Below, one piece after another: positions 12,857 through 24,391 of a stretch of DNA of 64,000 bases (position 1 is its first letter; each line of letters begins with the position of its first letter). A model generated the notes under the pieces. It saw nothing but the letters and a program-made list of their open reading frames with translations. It searched no databases and had not been told where the DNA came from. Origin of the DNA: Anaeramoeba ignava BMAN (Eukaryota > Protista > Anaeramoebae); the NCBI GenBank assembly GCA_028826165.1, contig JAPDFW010000059.1, positions 1,054,001 through 1,118,000 on the forward strand. The letters are read 5' to 3'. The position numbers and the translations under genes are program-made.

Positions 12857-15800
12857 TTAAATGAAATAAGTCTCAAGTTCATCAACAACCCATTTATCAT
12901 AAGAACCAGCTAAATACCTAAAAGCTTCATTTGTTTTATATTTAATTTCATTAGGTAGATTGTAACTATGACCAAAATTTGAGTATCTAGGTTGTAAATT
13001 AGAATTTAACTCAATATCAGCTATAAATATTTTAATAAAGATAAATAATTAACTTTAATTTTAATTTTAATTTTAATTTTAATTTTGATAAATATTTACG
13101 ATCTATTTTAATAAATATAATTAATTAATTTTAATAAATAATATTGATTATTTATTATATTGATATTTTGGATTATTTATTAAATAAAAATTATTTACAA
13201 GCTAATTTTAATAAGGATAAATATTTAATTTTAATAACAATAATAATAATTTAATTTTGAATTGAAATTTATTTTCTTAATATTTTGGATTTTTATTAAA
13301 TAAAAATTATTTACAATCTATTTTAATAAATATAATTAATTAATTTTAATAAATAATATTGATTATTTATTATATTGATATTTTGGATTATTTATTAAAT
13401 AAAAATTATTTACAAGCTAATTTTAATAAAGATTAATATTTAATTTTAATAACAACAATAATAATTTAATTTTGAATTGAAATTTATTTTCTTAATATTT
13501 TGGATTATTTATTAATTTAATTTTAGTTATAATAAATATTTATTTACAATCTATTTTAATAAAGATAAGTAATTTTAAATTAAAATGATGATATTATTTA
13601 TTAATGTAATTTTCATTATAATAAAAATTATTTACGAGCTATTTTAATAAAGATAATTAATTTTAATAATAATAATTTAATTTGAAATTTATTTCATTTT
13701 TAAATTGAAATAATATTATTATTGATTATATTAATATTATGGGCTATTTATTAAATAATTATGATTTACGAGCTATTTCAAGAAAGATAAATATTTAATT
13801 TTGATAATAATTAATAATAATTTAATTTAAAATTAATTTTATTTTAAATTGAAATAATAATATTATTTATTATATTAGTATTTTGGATTATTTATTAATT
13901 TAATTTTAGTTATAATAAATATTTATTTACCAACTATTTTTAATAAAGATAAATATTTAATTTTAATTATAATAATAAAATATTTACGACCTATTTTTAA
14001 TAAAGATAAATATTTCATTTAATTAATATTAATAAAAATATTTAATAAATAATTATTTACCATCTATTTTAATAAATATAAATAATTAATTTTGATAATA
14101 ATTAATAATAATTTAATTTGAAATTTATTTCATTTTAAATTGAAATAATATTATTATTGATTATATTAATATTTTGGATTATTTATTAATTTAATTTTAA
14201 TTATATTAATAAAAATATTTACGATCTATTTTAATAAAGATAAATATTTAATTTAAAATTTAATTTAAATTGAAATAATGATAATATTATTTATTATATT
14301 AATTATTTACAAACTATTTTAATAAAGATAAATATTTAATTTTTAATAATAATATTAGCTATAACAAAAGATTATTTACAATCTATTTTAATAAAGATAA
14401 ATAATAATAATAATAATATTAATTATAATAATAAATATTTACCATCTATTTTAATAAAGATAAATAATTAATTTTGATAATAATTATTATAATAAATATT
14501 TACCATCTATTTTAATAAAGATAAATAATTATCAATAATAATTATTATTATTATTATAATAAATATTTACCATCTATTTTAATAAAGATAGATAATTAAT
14601 TAATAATAATAATTATTATAATAAATATTTACCAACTATTTTAATAAAGATAAATAATTATCATTAATAATAATATTGATTATATTAATATTTTTGGATT
14701 ATTAATTTAATTTTAATTATAATAAAAAAAATATTTACAATCTATTTTAATAAAGATAATCAATTAATTTTAATAATAATTTAATTTGAAATTTATTTTA
14801 TTTTTAAATTGAAATAATAATTTTAGTTATAGTAATTGTTATTTACTTGCTATATTAATAGATAAATAATTAATTTTAATAATAATTATTATAATAAATA
14901 TTTACCATCTATTTTAATAAATATAAATAATTAATTTTGATAATAATAATAAATATTTATTATATTAATATTTTGGATTATTTATTAATTTAATTTTTAA
15001 TTATAATAATTGTTATTTACAAGCTATTTTAAGAAAGATAATTAAATTTGATAATAATTATTATTTATTAATTTAATTTAAAATTTAATTTATTTTAAAT
15101 TGAAATAATATTATTATTTATTAATTTAATTTTAATTATATTAATAAAATATTTACGATCTATTTTAATAAAGATAAATATTTAATTTTTTAATAATATT
15201 TTGGATTATTTATTAAATAAAAATTATTTACCCTCTATTTTAATAAAGATAAATATTTAATTTTAATAATTTATTTATTAATTTAATTTTAGTTATAATA
15301 ATAATAATTATTATTTACCCCCTATTTTAACAAAGATAATTGATGTGAGTTTGAATGATAATTATTAATAATTATATACAAATTATTTACAATCTATTTT
15401 AATAATAATAAAGATAAATAAATAAATAATAATAATAATTTATTAAATAATAATATATATTATATTTACATCCAAAACTCGGTCCAAGATTTGATTTATA
15501 ATAAATTGCATATTTTTCTTGACCTTGTTTAATTGTAAATTTCTCTGACTTTCTATCTCCTTTATCATTTCTTAATGAAAAAATAAATGAATTTGTATCT
15601 TTAATAAATCCATAATTTCCTTTATCTTCACTCCATTTTGATTTATTATTTGTAAATCCAACTGAAGTAAATCCTCCAAAAATAAAATTATCTTTGGTTT
15701 TGATAATAATTAATGTTTTTCCTTTGTTATCACAAATTGAATGCCATTTTTGAGAATCAAATCCATCTCTTTTTGCTGAATATCCTTTTTTCATTTTGTA

Positions 15801-16781
15801 AAAGAATTTATTATCATTTATCCATTCTTGTAATTTATTAATATACTCTTCTTCTTCTTGAATAATTTCTGAATCGAATTTAAATCTTATTTGGAAATTT
15901 AATGAATTTTGATTTTTATTTTCTTCTTGGATAAATTGAGTTAATTCTTTTTCATTTTCTTCAAGTTTTTGGAATTGAATTAATTTTTGTGAAATTTGTT
16001 TTGGAATTAAATCTTCTTTCAAAGTATCTGCAAGTTCTTTGGATGTAAAATCAATAAATCTGATTTTATCAATAAAATTTGAAATTTGATTTTGTAATTG
16101 TTCTTTTTCTTCTTTTTCAAGTTTTTGATTTTCTTTTTCTTGATTAATATTTGATTTATGTTTTCCCCATTTTATTATTGATTGGAAAATTTCAAATTCA
16201 TTTAAGAGAATTTTATCATTTGATAATATTGAATTTAAATGATTTTCTTCAAGTTCAAGAAAAAATGGAGTTTTGATAAATTTTGTAAAATGTTCTAAAA
16301 TAAATTGATAAGAAGAATCTAATAAATGGTTTAAGTTCATTGATTCAGATAATTTAAGAATATCAACAATAGTTTCAATTTGAAAATTCTTTTTGATAAA
16401 ATTTGAACAAATTTCAAATAATTCATCAATTAAATATTTTGATGAAAAAATTAAAATTTCAATTGCATTTTCTAAATTAATTTCAATTTTTCCTGAATAA
16501 AGATAATTCAAAATTGAAGATAGAATTGAACTTGAAACATCTTTTAGAATTAATTTATTTTCTTGATATTCTTTCATTTTGGATTTAAAAAGAGATTTAA
16601 AATATTCACTTCTTGAAGAAAGAATTGATTTATGAGTTTTAAATGAAGTTTGATTTTGTTCACAAATTATTTCAAAATCAAAATAACTTTCTTCTTCTTC
16701 TTTTTTTTTGTTTTGGTTTTGATTTTGAAATAAATTTTTTAAATCATTTGAAAGTTTTTCTAAATTTGAATAAGTTTCCAT
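12857..16781 (-). CDS. BTB-BACK-TLDc domain protein, copy 3
   Basis: Intact exon 16781-15470 and last exon 13020-12857. Confidence 0.9.
13021..15469 (-). other. Array of 25 candidate 3-nt microexons (copy 3)
   Basis: AG-NNN-GT cassettes from 15391 down to 13100. Confidence 0.8.
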
Positions 16782-16854
16782 TTTTGAAATAAAATGAAAA
16801 ATGAAAAATGAAAAATGAAAAAAAATTTATTTTTTGCTTTTTTTAAAATTAAAT

Positions 16855-17540
16855 AAATCAATAATAATAAACACTCCAATTTGAAATTAATTCTATTTTA
16901 TATATTTTATTAATATTTCTTTGTTTAAAATAATATAAAATTATTCTTAATAATTAAATAAAATTAATAAAATATTTTAATTAATTTATTTCAAAAATTA
17001 AATCAATAATAATAAACACTCCAGTTTGAAATTAATTTTATTTTATATTTTATTAATATTTCTTTGTTTAAATTAATATAAAATTATTCTCAATAATTAA
17101 ATAAAATTAATAAAATATTTTAATTAATTTATTTCAAAAATTAAATCAATAATAATAAAAACTCCAATTTGAAATTAATTCTATTTTTTATATTTTATTA
17201 ATATTTCTTTTATTTAAATTAATATAAAATTATTCTTAATAATTAAATAAAATTAATAAAATATTTTAATTAATTTATTTCAAAAATTAAATCAATAATA
17301 ATAAAAACTCAATTTAAAATTAATTCTATTTTATGTTTTATTAATATTTCTTTGTTTGAAATAATATTAAATTATTCTCAATAATTAAATAAAATTAATA
17401 AAATATTTTTAATTAATTTATTTCAAAAATTAAATCAATAATAATAAACACTCCAATTTGAAATTAATTTTATTTTATATTTTATTAATATTTCTTTGTT
17501 TGAAATAATATTAAATTATTCTCAATAATTAAATAAAATT
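16855..17540. repeat. ~147-bp tandem repeat between BTB-TLDc copies (about 5 units; about 2 units at 6740-6990 and 3 at 12140-12540)
   Basis: Recurring aaatcaataataataaacactccaatttgaaattaatt...tttctttgttt...attctcaataatt unit. Confidence 0.8.
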
Positions 17541-17853
17541 GAAAAGAAAGTTAAAACATTTTTAATAAAGATAAAAATAAGTTTTGAATAGTATTTAATA
17601 ATAAGTTATAATAGATTTATTCATAATTTTATATTTTATAAAATGATTTAAATTTGATTATTATTAAAATTCAATTTTTATCTTTATTAAAATATTTTCA
17701 TTTTCTTTTCCAAATTTTTAATAATATTTTTAAATTAAAATTAAATTGGTTTAAAATTGGATTGGTTTCTTATTTATTGATTTAAAGAATTTAATTTGAT
17801 TGAAAGTAAATGAAAATAAAATTGAATTTTGAAAAAAAATAAGAAATTTGAAA

Positions 17854-20566
17854 TTAAATGAAATAAGTCTCAAGTTCATCAACAACCCATTTATCATAAG
17901 AACCAGCTAAATACCTAAAAGCTTCATTTGTTTCATATTTAATTCCATTAGGTAGATTGTAACTATGACCAAAATTTGAGTGACCAGATTGTAAATTAGA
18001 ATTTAACTCAATATCAGCTATAAATATTTTAATAAAGATAAATAATTAACTTTAATTTTAATTTTAATTTTGATAAATATTTACCATCTATTTTAATAAA
18101 TATAATTAATTAATTTTAATAAATAATAATAATTATTTATTAAATAAAAATTATTTACAATCTATTTTAATAAAGATAAATATTTCATTTAATTAATATT
18201 TTGGATTATTTATTTAATAATATTTACTATCTATTTTAATAAATATAAATAATATTTATTATATTAATATTATGGATTATTCATTAAATTTAATTTTAAT
18301 TATAATAATAAATATTTATTTACCAACTATTTTAATAATTATAATAAATTAATTTAATTTTAATTATAATAATAAATATTTATTTACAAGCTAATTTTAA
18401 TAAAGATAAATAATTCATTTTCAATAATATTATTTGTTATATTAATATTTTGGATTATTCATTAATTGAAATTATTTACCAACTATTTCAATAAAGATAA
18501 ATAATTCATTTCAATAATATTATTATTTATTAATTAAAATTATTTACAAACTATTTTTAATAAAGATAAATATTTAATTTAATTTTAAATGTAATAAAAA
18601 TTATTTACTATCTGTTTTTAATGAAGATAAATATTTAATTTAATTTTAGTTATAATAATATTGATTATTTACGAGCTATTTTAATAAATATAAATATTTA
18701 ATTTAATAATAATATTGATTATATTAATATTTTGGATTATTCATTAAATTTAATTTAATTTTAATTATAATAATAAAGATTATTTACCATCTATTTTAAT
18801 AAAGATAAATATTTAATTTAATTTAATAATAATATTTTGGATTATTCATTAATTTAATTTTAATTATAATAATAAATATTTACCAACTATTTCAATAAAG
18901 ATAATAAATTAATTTAATTATATTATAATTATAATAATAAAATATTTATTTACCAACTATTTCAATAAAGATAAGTACTTAATTTTAATAATATTAAATA
19001 TTTATTTACACTCTATTTTAATAAAGATAAATATTTAATTTTAATAATTTATTTATTAATTTAATTTTAGTTATAATAATAATAATTATTATTTACCATC
19101 TATTTTAACAAAAATAATTGATGTGAGTTTGAATGATAATTATTAATAATTATATACAAATTATTTACAATCTATTTTAATAATAATAAAGATAAATAAA
19201 TAATAATAATTTATTAAATAATAATATATATTATATTTACATCCAAAACTCGGTCCAAGACTTGATTTATAATAAATTGCATATTTTTCTTGACCTTGTT
19301 TAATTGTAAACTTCTCTGACTTTCTATCTCCTTTATCATTTCTTAATGAAAAAATAAATGAATTTGTATCTTTAATAAATCCATAATATCCTTCATCTTC
19401 ACTCCATTTTGATTTATTATTTGTAAATCCAACTTGAGTAAATCCTCCAAAAATAAAATTATCTTTGGTTTTGATAATAATTAATGTTTTTCCTTTGTTA
19501 TCACAAATTGAATGCCATTTTTGAGAAGAAAATCCATCTCTTTTTGCTGAATATCCTTTTTTCATTTTAGAAAAGAATTTATTATCATTTATCCATTCTT
19601 GTAATTTATTAATATGCTCTTTTTCTTGAATAATTTCTGAATCGAATTTAAATCTTATTTGGAAATTTAATGAATTTTGATTTTGATTTTCTTCTTGAAT
19701 AAATTGAGTTAATTCTTTTTCATTTTCTTCAAGTTTTTGGAATTGAATTAATTTTTGTGAAATTTGTTTTGGAATTAAATCTTCTTCTATAGTTTCTGCA
19801 AGTTCTTTGGATGTAAAATCAATAAATCTGATTTTATCAATAAAATTTGAAATTTGATTTTGTAATTGTTCTTTTTCTTCTTTTTCAAGTTTTTGATTTT
19901 CTTTTTCTTGATTAATATTTAATTTATGTTTTCCCCATTTTATTATTGATTGGAAAAGTTCAAATTCATTTAAGAGAATTTTATCATTTGATAATATTGA
20001 ATTTAAATGATTTTCTTCAAGTTCAAGAAAAAATGAAGTTTTGATAAATTTTGTAAAATGTTCTAAAATAAATTGATAAGAAGAATCCAATAAATGGTTT
20101 AAGTTCATTGATTCAGATATTTTAAGAATATCAATAATAGTTTCAATTTGAAAATTCTTTTTGATAAAATTTGAACAAATTTCAATTAATTCATCAATTA
20201 AATATTTTGATGAAAAAATTAAAATTTCAATTGCATTTTCTAAATTAATTTCAATCTTTCCTGAATAAAGATAATTCAAAATTGAAGATATAATTGAACT
20301 TGAAACATCTTTTAGAATTAATTTATTTTCTTGATATTCTTTCATTTTGGATTTAAAAAGAGATTTAAAATATTCACTTCTTGAAGAAAGAATTGATTTA
20401 TGAGTTTTAAATGAAGTTTGATTTTGTTCACAAATTATTTCAAAATCAAAATAACTTTCTTCTTCTTCTTCTTCTTTTGATTTTTTGATTTTGAGTTTTG
20501 ATTTTGATTTTGAAATAAATTTTTTAAATCATTTGAAAGTTTTTCTAAATTTGAATAAGTTTCCAT
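17854..20566 (-). CDS. BTB-BACK-TLDc domain protein, copy 4 (apparent frameshift in the low-complexity tract ~20470-20500)
   Basis: METYSNLEK start at 20566, exon ends 19241, last exon 18017-17854. Confidence 0.85.
18018..19240 (-). other. Array of 15 candidate 3-nt microexons (copy 4)
   Basis: AG-NNN-GT cassettes from 19169 down to 18085. Confidence 0.8.
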
Positions 20567-20653
20567 TTTTGAAATGAAAAAAAATGAAAAAAAATTTATT
20601 TTTTGCTTTTTTTTTTTTTTTGAAAGATTTTTAATCTAAAAAAAGTTTGAATT

Positions 20654-22333
20654 TTAAAATAAATTCCAAGTTTCTTTTTTTATTCTTTGAAATTTCAAAT
20701 ATTCTATTAAATTTTCTGATATGAATTGTTTATCAATTTGGAATTGATTCCGAAAACAATATTTAATACACTTGTCTTTAATTAGCTTTAAACAAAGTTG
20801 CTTTTGGATATCATTTTCTGGAGTTGAAATGATTTTTAGTTTATTAAAAATTTCTTTTACTAATTCGATGTTTGGACTGGGGATTGATTTATCAAATTTT
20901 AACTTGAAATAATCAAGAATTAATTTTGTTAAAGGATCAAATTTGTGAGTTTTTTCCTTTTTTACGAGAATAATTAACTCATTCATTTCATTTTTTTGGT
21001 TTAAAATGAGAGATTTCTGTAAATTTTGAGACAAAACCAAATCAGATATTTTTTGATTTTGAATTTTTTGGTGAATTTTTTGTGATTCTTTTTTCCAACT
21101 TTCAATATTTTCTTTCAAATAATGTGAATCAATTTGAAAAAAATTTTGAGAATAATCCCAGTAAATCATTGATTGAATTAATGAATGAAATTCAAGTGAT
21201 ATTGCCAATTGAAATGATTGATTCCATAAACCAAGTGATTGTAAATCAAGCAAATAATTTCTTGCTGATTTTGCGATTTGATTTCCAATTTGATTTTCCT
21301 TCTTTTTGTGGAAAGTGATTGAATTATCAGCTAAACATTTTTCTAATTGAAAAATAAAAGAATTTGGATAATTATTTAATGGTTTGATGTCATTTAAATC
21401 TATTGATTTTTTCAAGAGAATCTGAATCAATTTAATTTCAATATTTTCGGTTTGAATTTGAGTTTCTTTTTTTTTGAAAAATTCTTGATAATTTTGTACA
21501 AAAATCGACAGTATTTGGCTTATTGAGTAATTTGAGGGAGAAGACCAAATTTGAATCGCTAGTAATTCTTCCCAGATAACATTTTGAGTGAGAAATAAAT
21601 CATTTATTTTTTCTGATTTTTTTGATGCCAGAAGATGATAAATTTTGAGTAAATAATCATCTATTTTCGTTTTTGGATTTGTTTGTTTTTCTTCCAAAAA
21701 ATTTAAATGGTTTGCAATTAACTTTTGGGATTCATTATCAAAATAATCTGTGATTAAAATTGCAAGTTGATATTCTTGGTTAATAATTGCTTCTTTGCAA
21801 GCCTTCTCAAATTGGTTTGTTATTAGAAGATGATAAATTTTTTGAAAATAATTTGGATGGTTGATTTTTTGGAAATTCTTTTGGATTCTTTGTTTTAGAA
21901 AGTTGGAAATTTTTTTGGTTGAAAAAGAATTTGGTTCATTTTGATTTTCTCTATTGATGAAATGATATAATAATTCCCAGATCTTTTGTATTGATGAAAA
22001 ATATTGATTCAATTCTGATTTTTCTTCAATTTTTTTCACAAAATTATCCAAAAAATCAAGATGAGTTTTGCTTAAATAATCGAATTGTTCTAAATTCATT
22101 CTTTCTATGGATTCAAAGTAAAATTTATGGAATTGCTTAATTTTTTCAAGTGATTCTTTATTTTGAATAAATTTTGAGAAAGAATCTAGTAAAATTAATT
22201 TTGGATAAATTGATATTTTTTTTGGTATTGATTGATTTGATATTTTATCATTTTTTGGGTTTATTGGAATAATTATTTTCCCATCAAAAGTAAAAGAAAC
22301 TTTAAAAGAAGAATTAAATCTAATTTTTTGCAT
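20654..22333 (-). CDS. Nup96-like nucleoporin (stand-alone, divergent)
   Basis: SSFKVSFTFDGKII resembles the Nup96 RSFRVGWGPNG motif. KIYHLLITNQFEKACKEAIINQEYQLAILI, LLKIYHLLA and QSLGLWNQS match the Nup96 helical domain pattern. Confidence 0.65.
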   Translation of the reverse strand: MQKIRFNSSFKVSFTFDGKIIIPINPKNDKISNQSIPKKISIYPKLILLDSFSKFIQNKESLEKIKQFHKFYFESIERMNLEQFDYLSKTHLDFLDNFVKKIEEKSELNQYFSSIQKIWELLYHFINRENQNEPNSFSTKKISNFLKQRIQKNFQKINHPNYFQKIYHLLITNQFEKACKEAIINQEYQLAILITDYFDNESQKLIANHLNFLEEKQTNPKTKIDDYLLKIYHLLASKKSEKINDLFLTQNVIWEELLAIQIWSSPSNYSISQILSIFVQNYQEFFKKKETQIQTENIEIKLIQILLKKSIDLNDIKPLNNYPNSFIFQLEKCLADNSITFHKKKENQIGNQIAKSARNYLLDLQSLGLWNQSFQLAISLEFHSLIQSMIYWDYSQNFFQIDSHYLKENIESWKKESQKIHQKIQNQKISDLVLSQNLQKSLILNQKNEMNELIILVKKEKTHKFDPLTKLILDYFKLKFDKSIPSPNIELVKEIFNKLKIISTPENDIQKQLCLKLIKDKCIKYCFRNQFQIDKQFISENLIEYLKFQRIKKETWNLF

Positions 22334-22507
22334 TATTAGAAAAGGAAAAAAGAAATGAAAAAAATGAAAAATGAAATTATTCGTTAAATTAAAATTAAAT
22401 TTTTTTTTTTCCAAACACTTTAAAAAATAATTAAAAAAAATTTTTTTTTTTTCATTTTTCCTTTTTCCTTTTTTTTTTTTTTTAATAAATAAATAAATAA
22501 ATAAATA

Positions 22508-24178
22508 ATGGAAAAAAAGAAAAGATTAAAAAATCAACTTCAATCATTTCCAGAAGGTTTTTTTTTTAATTTAAAATTTAAAATTTTTTTTTTATTAATA
22601 AAAAATTAAAAAAAAAAAATAGTTTATCAATCAATTAAACATTTTCATAAAAATAATAAACTTATTGAATCTTTTCATCAATTTCTATTTGATAAAAAAG
22701 AAGCAAATATTTCAAAATCCAAATCAAATATTCTTAAATTTTCAGGTTTTGGAAAAGATCCAGTAAATTAAATTGAAATCAAAACAAATCAAAATAACAA
22801 ATTTTTTTACTTTCTTTTTTCTTTTTTCTTTTTTTCTAATTTAGAAAATAATTTCATCTTTTCAATCAAAATTAAATAATTGGAAAATTATTGATTTGAG
22901 AAATTTATCTCAATTAATTCAACTTAAAAAAATTGGAAGTAAAGTAAATATTTAAAGGAATTTAAAAAAAAAGTTTATGAGAAAAAAAAAATCAATTCAA
23001 ACAAATTTTCTTTCTTTATTTTTCATTTTTTTCTTAGAAAGATATCATTTCAAGAATTATTCAATTTCTTTCTAATCCTCAAGAAAAATATTTAAAATCT
23101 AAATCAAGAAAATCAATTCAACAATTTTGGAACAAAAATGAAAATAAAGAAAATGAATCAACAAATCATAAAAAAAGAAAAAGCAAATCAATAAATCACA
23201 ATTCACGAACGAGTCAACCAACATCTAAATATAAATCTAAATATAAATCTAAATATAAATCTAAATCTAAATCAAAATCTAAATCTAATTCAAAATATGA
23301 ATCAAAATCAAAATCAAAATCTAAATCAAAATCAAATTCAAAATCAGAATCAAAATCAAAATTCAAAAAGAATCAAAATCAAAATCAAAATCAAAATCAA
23401 AAAAATCAAATTCAATCAAAATCAAAATCAAAATCAAAATCAAATTAAAAAAAAAAATCAAAATCAAAATGAAATCAAATTTCAAAATCAAAAAAATCAA
23501 AAAATCAAAATCAAAATCAAAAATTCAAAAAAAATCAAAATTCAAAATCAAATTCAAAATCAAAATCAAAAATCAAAATCAAAATCGAAAAAATCAAAAT
23601 CAAAATTCAAAAAAAAAATCAAAATCAAAATCAAAATAAAAAAAATCAAAAATCAAAAATCAAAATTTCAACAATTCAAAATCAAAAAATCAAAATCAAA
23701 TTCAAATTCGAAAAATCAAAATAAAATGAATCCAAATTCAAAAGAATCAAAATGAATTCAAAAAAAAATCAAATTCAAAAAAATCCGAATTCAAAATCCA
23801 AAATTTCAAAATTCTTTTGATGAAAATCTAAAAATAAAAATCAATTTTTAAAATTTTCAAAAATGATAAATTCAAAAAATTCTTAAAATTCAAAAATTTC
23901 AAAATCAAAAAAAAAATCAATTAATAATTAAAAATTCAAAATCAAATTCAAAATCTAAATCAAATTCAAAATCTGAAATTTCAACTGAAAATTCTTTTGA
24001 TGAAAATGAAATTATTAAAGAAACAATTTTTAATATGATTTCTTCTTGTGATCTTGATAAACTTACAGTGAGAGATATTCTTAATCGACTTTCTATTGAA
24101 TTTCCAAATATTTCAGAAAAAAGAGGATATGTTGATCAATTAATAATTAAAGCACTTAAAGTTATAGCTCAAAAATAA
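22508..24178 (+). CDS. DEK-like chromatin protein (multi-exon, low-complexity middle)
   Basis: Not in the ORF track. Exons read ...KSNILKFSGF..., ...KDIISRIIQFLSNP... and C-terminal IKETIFNMISSCDLDKLTVRDILNRLSIEFP (DEK_C-like). The central Q/N/K/S repeat has an unreliable frame. Confidence 0.7.
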
Positions 24179-24391
24179 AAAAATCAAAAGAAAAATCAAA
24201 GAAAAAGAATGATTAGAAAAACGATTAGAAAAAAAAATGAAACTATTTTTTTTTAAATCATTTTTCAAAATTGTTTAATAAATTCAAAAAATATGAAAAT
24301 TATTTAAAATTATTTTTATTATTAAATTATTTGAATTGAATTGAATTGAATAGAATTGAATATTAAATTAAATTGAATATTGAATAGAAAT

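Noticed and set aside
3852-19240. CRISPR-like interpretation of the regularly spaced tatttacNNNctattttaataaagat repeats
   Set aside because: Eukaryotic context, no cas genes, and spacers are AT-only and mutually similar. The variable part is 3 nt bounded by AG/GT, which fits microexons.
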